Below are positions 1 through 13,800 of a DNA stretch of 64,000 nt, one piece after another; the first letter of the stretch is position 1, and every line of letters starts with the position of its first letter. The translations under genes were made by a program, and so were the position numbers. The notes beneath the pieces are model-generated. The model searched no databases, was not told the origin of the DNA, and saw nothing but the letters and a program-made list of their open reading frames with translations. This DNA is from Squalus acanthias (lineage: Eukaryota), in assembly GCA_030390025.1 (NCBI GenBank), contig CM059438.1:58344001-58408000 (forward strand), in the 5' to 3' direction.

Positions 1-3000
1 GACAGATTCTGGGGAATGCAGCTGGTTACAGACAGACTGGCGAACGGAGCTGGATACAGACAGACTTGGGAATGGAGTACAGACAGATTCTGGGAATGGA
101 GCTCGGTACAGATTGACTGTGGGGAATGGAGCTGGGTGCAGAAGACTGGGGAATAGCGCTGGGTACAGACAGACTTTGGGGAATGGAGCTGGGTACAGAC
201 AGTCTCTGGGGGATGGAGCTGGGTACAGACAGACTGAGGAATGGCGTTGGGTAGAGGCAGAGTCTGGGAATGGAGCTAGGTTCAGACAGACTCTTGGAAT
301 GGTGCTGGGTACAGAAAGACTCTGGGAATGGAGCTGGGTACTGTCTGATTCTGGGGGAAGGAGCTGGGTACAGACAGACTCTGTGGAATGGATCTTGTAC
401 AGACAGACATTGGGAAATCGAGCTGGGTACAGACAGACTCTGGGAATACAGCTGTGTACAGACAGACTCTGGGAATGGATCTCGTTACAGACAGACTGGG
501 GAATGGAGCTGGGTACATAAAGACTCTGCAAAGGGAGCTGGGTACAGACAGACTGGAGAATGGAACTGGGTACAGACAGACTTGCGGGATAGGAGCCGGG
601 TACAGACAGTCTCCAGGAATCGAGCTGGGTACCGGAAGACTCTCGGGAATGGAGCTGGGTATAGACAGACTCTGGGGAATGGAGCTCGGTACAGGCGGAC
701 TCTGGGGAATGAAGCTGGGTTCAGACAGACTCTGGGGAATGGAGCTGGTTAAAGAGAGACTGTGGAACAGAGCTGGATACAGACAGACTGGGGAATGGAG
801 CAGGGTTTAGAGAGAATGGGGAATGTAGCTGGGTACAGACAGATTCTAGGAATGGAGCTGGGTACAGACAGACACTGGGAATGATGTTGGGTACAGACGG
901 ACTCTGGGGCATGGAGCTGGGTACAGACAGATTCTGGGAATGGAGCTGGGTACAGATAGACTCTGGGGAATGGAGCTGGGTACAGACAGTCTCTGGGGAA
1001 TGGAGTTGGGTACAGACAGACTGAGGAATGGGGTTGGGTAGAGGCAGAGTCTGGGAATGGAGCTGGATACAGACAGAATTTTGGAATGGAGCTGGGTACA
1101 GACAGACTATGGGAATGGAGCTGGGTACAGACAGACTCTGGGAATGGAGCTGGGTACAGACAGACTCTGGGGAATGGAAATCGGTACAGGCGGACTCTGG
1201 GGAATCGAGCTGGGTACAGACAGAATCTGTGAATGGAGCTGGGTACAGACAGACTCTGTGAATGGAGCTGGGTACAGGCAGACCAGGGGAATGGAGCTGG
1301 GTACAGACAGACCCTGGGAATGGAGCTGGGTACAGACAGACTTTGGGAATGGAGCAGGGTACAGACAGACTCTGGGAATGGTGCTGGGTACAGACAGGCT
1401 CTGGGGAATGGAACTCGGTATAGACAGACTCTGTGAATGGAGCTGGGTACAGACAGACGCTGTGAATGGAGCTGGGTACAGGCAGACTAGGGGAATGGAA
1501 CTGGTTACAGACAGATTCTGGGGAATGCAGCTGGTTACAGACAGACTGGGGAACGGAGCTTAATACAGACAGACTGGGGAATCGAGTACAGACAGATTCT
1601 GGGAATGGAGCTCGGTACAGTCAGACTCTTGGGAATGGAGCTGGGTACAGAAGACTGGGGAATAGAGCTGGGTGCAGACAGACTTTGGGGAATGGAGCTG
1701 GTTATGACAGTCTCTGGGGAATGGAGCTGGGTACAGACAGACTGAGGAATGGAGTTGGTCGAGGCACTGTCTGGGAATGGAGCTGGGTACAGACAGAATT
1801 TGGAAATGCAGCTGGGTACAGACAGACTCTGGGAATGGTGCTGGGTACAGACAGACTCTGGGGAATGGAGCTGGGTACAGACAGAATTTGGAAATGGAGC
1901 TGTGTACAGACAGACTATCGGAATGGAGCTGGATCCAGACAGACTCTGGGAATGGTGCTGGGTACAGACAGACTCTGGGGAATGGAGCTGGGTACAGATA
2001 GAATTTGGAAATGGAGCTGTGTACAGACAGACTATCGGAATGGAGCTGGATCCAGACAGACTCTGTGAATGGAGCTGGGTACAGACAGATTAGAGAATGG
2101 AGCTTGGTTCAGAGAGACTGGGGAATAGCGCTGGGTACAGACAGACTTTTGGGAATGGAGCTGGGTACAGACAGTCTCTGGGGGATGGAGCTGGGTACAG
2201 ACAGAATTTGGGAATGGAGCTCGGTGCAGGCGGACTCTGGGGAATGGAGCTGGGTACAGACAGATTCGGGGGAACGGAGCTGGATACAGACAGACTGGGG
2301 AATGGAGCAGGGTTCAGAGAGAATGGGGAATGAAGCTGGGTGCAGACAGACTCTGGGAATGGAGCTGGGTACAGACAGACACTGGGAATGGTGCTGGGTA
2401 CAGATGGACTCTGGGGAATGGAGCTGGGTTATGACAGATTCTGGGAATGGAGCTCGGTACAGATAGACTCTGGGGAATTGAGCTGGGTACAGACAGACTT
2501 TGGGGAATGGAGCGGGGTACAGACAGTGTCTGGGGGATGGAGCTGGGTACAGACAGACTGATGAATGGCGTTGGGTAGAGAAAGAGTCTGGGAATGGAGC
2601 TGGGTACAGACAGTATTTGGGAATGGAGCTGGGTACAGACAGACTGAGGAATGGCGTTGGATAGAGGCAGAGTTTGGGAATGGAGCTGCGTACAGACAGA
2701 CTATGGGAATGGATCTTGTACAAACAGATATTGGGGAATGGAGCGGGGTACAGACAGACTCTGGGGAATGGAGCTGTGTACAGACAGACTGAGGACTGGA
2801 GTTGGGTTGAGAGCAGAGTCTGGGAATGGAGCTGGGTACAGACAGAATTTGGAAATGGAGCGGGGTACAGACAGACTATGGGAATGGATCTGGGTCCAGA
2901 CAGACTCTGGGAAATGGTGCTGGGTACAGACAGACTCTGGGGAATGGAACTCGGTACAGGCGGTCTCTGGGGAATGGAGCTGGGTACAGACAGAATTTGG

Positions 3001-6000
3001 AAATGGAGCTGGGTACAGACAGACTATGGGAATGGAGCTGGGTACAGGCAGACTAGAGAATGGAGCTTGGTTCAGAGAGACTGGGGAATGGAGCTGGGTA
3101 CAGACAGAATCTGTGAATGGAGCTGGGTAAAGGCAGACTAGGGGAATGGAGCTGGGTAAAGGCAGACTAGGGGAATGGAGCTGGTTACAGACAGATTCTG
3201 GGGAATGCAGCTGGTTACAGACAGACTGGCGAATGGAGCTGGATACATACAGACTTGGGAATGGAGTACAGACAGATTCTGGGAATGGAGCTCGGTACAG
3301 ATTGACTCTGGGGAATGGAGCTGGGTACAGAAGACTGGGGAATAGAGCGTGGTACAGACAGACTTTGGGGAATGGAGCTGGGTACAGACAGTCTCTGGGG
3401 GATGGAGCTGGGTACAGACAGACTGAGGAATGGCGTTGGGTAGAGGCAGAGTCTGGGAATGGAGCTAGGTACAGACAGACTCTTGGAATGGTGCTGGGTA
3501 CAGAAAGACTCTGGGAATGGAGCTGGGTACTGTCAGATTCTGGGGGAAGGAGCTGAGTACAGACAGACTCTGTGGAATGGATCTTGTACAGACAGACATT
3601 GGGAAATCGAGCTGGGTACAGACAGACTCTTAGAATACAGCTGTGTACAGACAGACTCTGGGAATGGATCTCGTTACAGACAGACTGGGGAATGGAGCTG
3701 GGTACATAAAGACTCTGCAAAGGGAGCTGGGTACAGACAGACTGGAGAATGGAACTGGGTACAGACAGACTCGTGGGATAGGAGCCGGGTACAGACAGTC
3801 TCCAGGAATCGAGCTGGGTACAGGAAGACTCTCGGGAATGGAGCTGGGTACAGACAGACTTCGGGAATGGAGCTGGGTATAGACAGACTCTGGGGAATGG
3901 AGCTCGGTACAGGCGGTCTCTGAGGAATGAAGCTGGGTACAGACTGACTCTGGGGAATGGAACTGGTTACAGAGAGAATGTGGAACAGAGATGGATACAG
4001 ACAGACTGGGGAATGGAGCAGGGTTTAGAGAGAATGGGGAATGAAGCTGGGCACAGATAGATTCTAGGAATGGAGCTGGGTACAGACAGACACTGGGAAT
4101 GATGTTGGGTACAGACGGACTCTGGGGCATGGAGCTGGGTACAGACAGATTCTGGGAATGGAGCTGGGTCCAGATAGACTCTGGGGAATGGAGCTGGGTA
4201 CAGACAGTCTCTGGGGAATGGAGTTGGGTACAGACAGACTGAGTAATGGGGTTGGGTGGAGGCAGAGTCTGGGAATGGAGCTGGATACAGACAGAATTTT
4301 GGAATGGAGCTGGGTACAGACAGACTATGGGAATGGAGCTGGGTACAGACAGACTCTGGGGAATGGAAATCGGTACAGGCGGACTCTGGGGAATCGAGCT
4401 GGGTACAGACAGAATCTGTGAATGGAGCTGGGTACAGGCAGACTAGGGGAATGGAGCTGGGTACAGACAGACCCTGTGAATGGAGCTGGGTACAGACAGA
4501 CTATGGGAATGGAGCAGGGTACAGACAGACTCTGGGAATGGTGATGGATACAGACAGGCTCTGAAGAATGGAACTCGGTACAGACAGACTCTGTGAATGG
4601 AGCTGGGTACAGACAGACTCTGTGAATGGAGCTGGGTACAGGCAGACTAGGGGAATGGAGCTGGTTACAGACAGATTCTGGGGAATGCAGCTGGTTACAG
4701 ACAGACTGGGGAATGGAGCTGGATACAGACAGACTGGGGAATGGAGTACAGACAGATTCTGGGAATGGAGCTCGGTACAGTAAGACTCTTGGGAATGGAG
4801 CTGGGTACAGACAGACTCTGGGGAATGGAGCTGTTACAGAGAGACTGTGGAACAGTGCTGGATACAGACAGACTGGGGAATGGAGCAGGGTTTAGAGAGA
4901 ATGGGGAATGAAGCTGGGTACAGACAGATTCTAGGAATGGAGCTGGGTACAGACAGACACTGGGAATGATGTTGGGTACAGACAGATTCTGGGAATGGAG
5001 CTGGGTACAGATGGACTCTGGGGAATGGAGCTGGGTACAGACAGTATCTGGGGAATGGAGTTGGGTACAGACAGACTGAGGAATGGGGTTGGGTAGAGGC
5101 AGAGTCTGGGAATGGAGCTGGATACAGACAGAATTTTGGAATGGAGCTGGGTACAGACAGTTGATGGGAATGGAGCTGGGTACAGACAGACTCTGGGAAT
5201 GGAGCTGGGTACAGACAGACTCTGGGGAATGGAAATCGGTACAGGCGGACTCTGGGGAATCGAGCTGGGTACAGACAGAATCTGTGAATGGAGCTGGGTA
5301 CAGACAGACTCTGTGAATGGAGCTAGGTACAGGCAGACTAGGGGAATGGAGCTGGGTACAGACAGACCCTGGGAATGGAGCTGGGTACAGACAGACTATG
5401 GAAATGGAGAAGGGTACAGACAGACTCTGGGAATGGTGCTGGGTACAGACAGGCTCTGAAGAATGGAACTCGGTACAGACAGACTCTGTGAATGGAGCTG
5501 GGTACAGACAGACTCTGTGAAATGAGCTGGGTACAGACAGACTCAGTGGAATGGAGCTGGTTACAGACAGATTCTGGGGAATGCAGCTGGTTACAGACAG
5601 ACTGGGGAACGGAGCTGGATACAGACAGACTGGAGAATGGAGTACAGACAGATTCTGGGAATGGAGCTCAGTACATTCAGACTCTTGGGAATGGTGCTGG
5701 GTACAGAAGACTGGGGAATAGAGCTGGGTACAGACAGACTTTGGGGAATGGAGCTGGGTACAGACAGTCTCTGGGGGATGGAACTGGGTACAGACAGACT
5801 GAGAAATAAAGTTGGGTAGAGGCAGAGTCTGTGAAAGGAGCTGGGTACAGACAGACTCTTGGAATGGCGCTGGGTACAGAAAGACTCTGGGAATGGAGCT
5901 GGGTACAGACAGACTGGAGAATGGAGCTGGGTACAGTCAGATTCTGTTGAATGGAGCTGGGCACAGAGAGACTCTGGGGAATGGATCTTGTACGGACAGC

Positions 6001-9000
6001 CATTGGGAAATTGAGCTGGGTACAGACAGACTCTGGGAATACAGCTGTGTACAGACAGACTCTGGGAATGGATCTGGTTACAGAAAGACTGGGGAATGGA
6101 GCTGGGTACATAAAGACTCTGCGAAGGGAACTGGGTACTGACAGACTGGAGAATGGAACTGGGTACAGACAGATTCAGGGGAAAGGAGCCGGGGACAGAC
6201 AGTCTCCAGGAATGGAGCTGGATATAGACAGACTCTGGGGAATGCAGCTGGGTACAGACAGAGTTCGGGAATGGAGCTGGCTATAGACAGACTCTGGGGA
6301 ATGGAACTGGTTACAGAGAGACTGTGGAACAGAGCTGGATACAGACAGACTGGGGAATCGAGCAGGGTTCAGAGAGAATGGGGAATGAAGCTGGGTACAG
6401 ACAGACTCTTGGAATGGAGCTGGGTACAGATGGACTCTGGGGAATGGAGCTGGGTACAGACAGATTCTGGGAATGGAGCTGGGTACAGATAGACTCTGGG
6501 GAATGGAGCTGGGTACAGACAGTCTCTGGGGAATGGAGTTGGGTACAGAAAGACTGAGGAATGGTGTTGGGTAGAGGCAGAGTCTGGGAATGGAGCTGGA
6601 TACAGACAGAGTTCGGGAATGTAGCTGGCTATAGACAGACTCTGGGGAATGGAACTGGTTACAGAGAGACTGTGGAACAGAGCTGGATACAGACAGACTG
6701 GGGAATGGAGCAGGGTTCAGAGAGAATGGGGAATGAAGCTGGGTACAGACAGACTCTGTGAATGGAGCTGGGTACAGACAGACTCTGTGAATGGAGCTGG
6801 GTACAGACAGACTCTGTGGAATGGATCTTGTACAGACAGACATTGGGAAATCGAGCTGGGTACAGACAGACTCTGGGAATACAGCTGTGTACAGACAGAC
6901 TCTGGAAATGGATCTCGTTACAGACAGACTGGGGAATGGAGCTGGGTACATAAAGACTCTGCAAAGGGAGCTGGGTACAGACAGACTGGAGAATGGAACT
7001 GGGTACAGACAGACTCGTGCGATAGGAGCCGGGTACAGACAGTCTCCAGGAATCGAGCTGGGTACAGGAAGACTCTCGGGAATGGAGCTGGGTACAGACA
7101 GACTTCGGGAATGGAGCTGGGTATAGACAGACTCTGGGGAATGGAGCTCGGTACAGGCGGACTCTGAGGAATGAAGCTGGGTACAGACAGACTCTGGGGA
7201 ATGGAGCTGGTTACAGAGAGAATGTGGAACAGAGATGGATACAGACAGACTGGGGAATGGAGCAGGGTTTAGAGAGAATGGGGAATGAAGCTGGGTACAG
7301 ATAGATTCTAGGAATGGAGCTGGGTACAGACAGACACTGGGAATGATGTTGGGTACAGACGGACTCTGGGGCATGGAGCTGGGTACAGACAGATTCTGGG
7401 AATGGAGCTGGGTCCAGATAGACTCTGGGGAATGGAGCTGGGTACAGACAGTCTCTGGGGAATGGAGTTGGGTACAGACAGACTGAGTAATGGGGTTGGG
7501 TGGAGGCAGAGTCTGGGAATGGAGCTGGATACAGACAGAATTTTGGAATGGAGCTGGGTACAGACAGACTCTGGGGAATGGAAATCGGAACAGGCGGACT
7601 CTGGGGAATCGAGCTGGGTACAGACAGCTTCTGGGAATGGAGCTGGGTCCAGATAGACTCTGGGGAATGGAGCTGGGTACAGACAGTCTCTGGGGAATGG
7701 AGTTGGGTACAGACAGACTGAGTAATGGGGTTGGGTGGAGGCAGAGTCTGGGAATGGAGCTGGATACAGACAGAATTTTGGAATGGAGCTGGGTACAGAC
7801 AGATGATGGGAATGGAGCTGGGTACAGACAGACTCTGGGAATGGAGCTGGGTTTAGAGAGAATGGGGAATGAAGCTGGGTACAGACAGATTCTAGGAATG
7901 GAGCTGGGTACAGACAGACACTGGGAATGATGTTGGGCTACAGACAGATTCTGGGAATGGAGCTGGGTACAGATGGACTCTGGGGAATGGAGCTGGGTAC
8001 AGACAGTATCTGGGGAATGGAGTTGGGTACAGACAGACTGAGGAATGGGGTTGGGTAGAGGCAGAGTCTGGGAATGGAGCTGGATACAGACAGAATTTTG
8101 GAATGGAGCTGGGTACAGACAGATGATGGGAATGGAGCTGGGTACAGACAGACTCTGGGAATGGAGCTGGGTACAGACAGACTCTGGGGAATGGAAATCG
8201 GTACAGGCGGACTCTGGGGAATCGAGCTGGGTACAGACAGAATCTGTGAATGGAGCTGGGTACAGACAGACTCTGTGAATGGAGCTGGGTACAGGCAGAC
8301 TAGGGGAATGGAGCTGGGTACAGACAGACCCTGGGAATGGAGCTGGGTACAGACAGACTATGGGAATGGAGCAGGGTACAGACAGGCTCTGGGGAATGGA
8401 ACTCGGTATAGACAGACTCTGTGAATGGAGCTGGGTACAGACAGACGCTGTGAATGGAGCTGGGTACAGGCAGACTAGGGGAATGGAACTGGTTACAGAC
8501 AGATTCTGGGGAATGCAGCTGGTTACAGACAGACTGGGGAACGGAGCTTAATACAGACAGACTGGGGAATCGAGTACAGACAGATTCTGGGAATGGAGCT
8601 CGGTACAGTCAGACTCTTGGGAATGGAGCTGGGTACAGAAGACTGGGGAATAGAGCTGGGTGCAGACAGACTTTGGGGAATGGAGCTGGTTATGACAGTC
8701 TCTGGGGAATGGAGCTGGGTACAGACAGACTGAGGAATGGAGTTGGTAGAGGCACTGTCTGGGAATGGAGCTGGGTACAGACAGAATTTGGAAATGCAGC
8801 TGGGTACAGACAGACTCTGGGAATGGTGCTGGGTACAGACAGACTCTGGGGAATGGAGCTGGGTACAGACAGAATTTGGAAATGGAGCTGTGTACAGACA
8901 GACTATCGGTTTGGAGCTGGATCCAGACAGACTCTGGGAATGGTGCTGGGTACAGACAGACTCTGGGGAATGGAGCTGGGTACAGATAGAATTTGGAAAT

Positions 9001-10899
9001 GGAGCTGTGTACAGACAGACTATCGGAATGGAGCTGGATCCAGACAGACTCTGTGAATGGAGCTGGGTACAGACAGATTAGAGAATGGAGCTTGGTTCAG
9101 AGAGACTGGGGAATAGCGCTGGGTACAGACAGACTTTTGGGAATGGAGCTGGGTACAGACAGTCTCTGGGGGATGGAGCTGGGTACAGACAGAATTTGGG
9201 AATGGAGCTCGGTGCAGGCGGACTCTGGGGAATGGAGCTGGGTACAGACAGATTCGGGGGAACGGAGCTGGATACAGACAGACTGGGGAATGGAGCAGGG
9301 TTCAGAGAGAATGGGGAATGAAGCTGGGTGCAGACAGACTCTGGGAATGGAGCTGGGTACAGACAGACACTGGGAATGGTGCTGGGTACAGATGGACTCT
9401 GGGGAATGGAGCTGGGTTATGACAGATTCTGGGAATGGAGCTCGGTACAGATAGACTCTGGGGAATTGAGCTGGGTACAGACAGACTTTGGGGAATGGAG
9501 CGGGGTACAGACAGTGTCTGGGGGATGGAGCTGGGTACAGACAGACTGATGAATGGCGTTGGGTAGAGAAAGAGTCTGGGAATGGAGCTGGGTACAGACA
9601 GTATTTGGGAATGGAGCTGGGTACAGACAGACTGAGGAATGGCGTTGGATAGAGGCAGAGTTTGGGAATGGAGCTGCGTACAGACAGACTATGGGAATGG
9701 ATCTTGTACAAACAGATATTGGGGAATGGAGCGGGGTACAGACAGACTCTGGGGAATGGAGCTGTGTACAGACAGACTGAGGACTGGAGTTGGGTTGAGA
9801 GCAGAGTCTGGGAATGGAGCTGGGTACAGACAGAATTTGGAAATGGAGCGGGGTACAGACAGACTATGGGAATGGATCTGGGTCCAGACAGACTCTGGGA
9901 AATGGTGCTGGGTACAGACAGAGTCTGGGGAATGGAACTCGGTACAGGCGGTCTCTGGGGAATGGAGCTGGGTACAGACAGAATTTGGAAATGGAGCTGG
10001 GTACAGACAGACTCTGGGGAATGGAGCTGGGTACAGGCAGACTAGAGAATGGAGCTTGGTTCAGAGAGACTGGGGAATGGAGCTGGGTACAGACAGAATC
10101 TGTGAATGGAGCTGGGTAAAGGCAGACTAGGGGAATGGAGCTGGGTAAAGGCAGACTAGGGGAATGGAGCTGGTTACAGACAGATTCTGGGGAATGCAGC
10201 TGGTTACAGACAGACTGGCGAACGGAGCTGGATACATACAGACTTGGGAATGGAGTACAGACAGATTCTGGGAATGGAGCTCGGTACAGATTGACTCTGG
10301 GGAATGGAGCTGGGTACAGAAGACTGGGGAATAGAGCGTGGTACAGACAGACTTTGGGGAATGGAGCTGGGTACAGACAGTCTCTGGGGGATGGAGCTGG
10401 GTACAGACAGACTGAGGAATGGCGTTGGGTAGAGGCAGAGTCTGGGAATGGAGCTAGGTACAGACAGACTCTTGGAATGGTGCTGGGTACAGAAAGACTC
10501 TGGGAATGGAGCTGGGTACTGTCAGATTCTGGGGGAAGGAGCTGAGTACAGACAGACTCTGTGGAATGGATCTTGTACAGACAGACATTGGGAAATCGAG
10601 CTGGGTACAGACAGACTCTGGGAATACAGCTGTGTACAGACAGACTCTGGGAATGGATCTCGTTACAGACAGACTGGGGAATGGAGCTGGGTACATAAAG
10701 ACTCTGCAAAGGGAGCTGGGTACAGACAGACTGGAGAATGGAACTGGGTACAGACAGACTCGTGGGATAGGAGCCGGGTACAGACAGTCTCCAGGAATCG
10801 AGCTGGGTACAGGAAGACTCTCGGGAATGGAGCTGGGTACAGACAGACTTCGGGAATGGAGCTGGGTATAGACAGACTCTGGGGAATGGAGCTCGGTAC

Positions 10900-13800
10900 A
10901 GGCGGTCTCTGAGGAATGAAGCTGGGTACAGACTGACTCTGGGGAATGGAACTGGTTACAGAGAGAATGTGGAACAGAGATGGATACAGACAGACTGGGG
11001 AATGGAGCAGGGTTTAGAGAGAATGGGGAATGAAGCTGGGCACAGATAGATTCTAGGAATGGAGCTGGGTCCAGATAGACTCTGGGGCATGGAGCTGGGT
11101 ACAGACAGATTCTGGGAATGGAGCTGGGTCCAGATAGACTCTGGGGAATGGAGCTGGGTACAGACAGTCTCTGGGGAATGGAGTTGGGTACAGACAGACT
11201 GAGTAATGGGGTTGGGTGGAGGCAGAGTCTGGGAATGGAGCTGGATACAGACAGAATTTTGGAATGGAGCTGGGTACAGACAGACTATGGGAATGGAGCT
11301 GGGTACAGACAGACTCTGGGGAATGGAAATCGGTACAGGCGGACTCTGGGGAATCGAGCTGGGTACAGACAGAATCTGTGAATGGAGCTGGGTACAGGCA
11401 GACTAGGGGAATGGAGCTGGGTACAGACAGACCCTGTGAATGGAGCTGGGTACAGACAGACTATGGGAATGGAGCAGGGTACAGACAGACTCTGGGAATG
11501 GTGCTGGGTACAGACAGGCTCTGAAGAATGGAACTCGGTACAGACAGACTCTGTGAATGGAGCTGGGTACAGACAGACTCTGTGAATGGAGCTGGGTACA
11601 GGCAGACTAGGGGAATGGAGCTGGTTACAGACAGATTCTGGGGAATGCAGCTGGTTACAGACAGACTGGGGAATGGAGCTGGATACAGACAGACTGGGGA
11701 ATGGAGTACAGACAGATTCTGGGAATGGAGCTCGGTACAGTAAGACTCTTGGGAATGGAGCTGGGTACAGACAGACTCTGGGGAATGGAGCTGTTACAGA
11801 GAGACTGTGGAACAGTGCTGGATACAGACAGACTGGGGAATGGAGCAGGGTTTAGAGAGAATGGGGAATGAAGCTGGGTACAGACAGATTCTAGGAATGG
11901 AGCTGGGTACAGACAGACACTGGGAATGATGTTGGGTACAGACAGATTCTGGGAATGGAGCTGGGTACAGATGGACTCTGGGGAATGGAGCTGGGTACAG
12001 ACAGTATCTGGGGAATGGAGTTGGGTACAGACAGACTGAGGAATGGGGTTGGGTAGAGGCAGAGTCTGGGAATGGAGCTGGATACAGACAGAATTTTGGA
12101 ATGGAGCTGGGTACAGACAGATGATGGGAATGGAGCTGGGTACATACAGACTCTGGGAATGGAGCTGGGTACAGACAGACTCTGGGGAATGGAAATCGGT
12201 ACAGGCGGACTCTGGGGAATCGAGCTGGGTACAGACCGAATCTGTGAATGGAGCTGGGTACAGACAGACTCTGTGAATGGAGCTAGGTACAGGCAGACTA
12301 GGGGAATGGAGCTGGGTACAGACAGACCCTGGGAATGGAGCTGGGTACAGACAGACTATGGAAATGGAGAAGGGTACAGACAGACTCTGGGAATGGTGCT
12401 GGGTACAGACAGGCTCTGAAGAATGGAACTCGGTACAGACAGACTCTGTGAATGGAGCTGGGTACAGACAGACTCTGTGAATGGAGCTGGGTACAGGCAG
12501 ACTAGGGGAATGGAGCTGGTTACAGACAGATTCTGGGGAATGCAGCTGGTTACAGACAGACTGGGGAACGGAGCTGGATACAGACAGACTGGGGAATGGA
12601 GTACAGACAGATTCTGGGAATGGAGCTCAGTACATTCAGACTCTTGGGAATGGTGCTGGGTACAGAAGACTGGGGAATAGAGCTGGGTACAGACAGACTT
12701 TGGGGAATGGAGCTGGGTACAGACAGTCTCTGGGGGATGGAACTGGGTACAGACAGACTGAGAAATAAAGTTGGGTAGAGGCAGAGTCTGTGAAAGGAGC
12801 TGGGTACAGACAGACTCTTGGAATGGCGCTGGGTACAGAAAGACTCTGGGAATGGAGCTGGGTACAGACAGACTGGAGAATGTAGCTGGGTACAGTCAGA
12901 TTCTGTTGAATGGAGCTGGGCACAGAGAGACTCTGGGGAATGGATCTTGTACGGACAGCCATTGGGAAATTGAGCTGGGTACAGACAGACTCTGGGAATA
13001 CAGCTGTGTACAGACAGACTCTGGGAATGGATCTGGTTACAGAAAGACTGGGGAATGGAGCTGGGTACATAAAGACTCTGCGAAGGGAACTGGGTACTGA
13101 CAGACTGGAGAATGGAACTGGGTACAGACAGATTCAGGGGAAAGGAGCCGGGGACAGACAGTCTCCAGGAATGGAGCTGGATATAGACAGACTCTGGGGA
13201 ATGCAGCTGGGTACAGACAGAGTTCGGGAATGGAGCTGGCTATAGACAGACTCTGGGGAATGGAACTGGTTACAGAGAGACTGTGGAACAGAGCTGGATA
13301 CAGACAGACTGGGGAATCGAGCAGGGTTCAGAGAGAATGGGGAATGAAGCTGGGTACAGACAGACTCTGTGAATGGAGCTGGGTACAGACAGACTCTGTG
13401 GAATGGATCTTGTACAGACAGACATTGGGAAATCGAGCTGGGTACAGACAGACTCTGGGAATACAGCTGTGTACAGACAGACTCTGGGAATGGATCTCGT
13501 TACAGACAGACTGGGGAATGGAGCTGGGTACATAAAGACTCTGCAAAGGGAGCTGGGTACAGACAGACTGGAGAATGGAACTGGGTACAGACAGACTCGT
13601 GGGATAGGAGCCGGGTACAGACAGTCTCCAGGAATCGAGCTGGGTACAGGAAGACTCTCGGGAATGGAGCTGGGTACAGACAGACTTCGGGAATGGAGCT
13701 GGGTATAGACAGACTCTGGGGAATGGAGCTCGGTACAGGCGGACTCTGAGGAATGAAGCTGGGTACAGACAGACTCTGGGGAATGGAGCTGGTTACAGAG

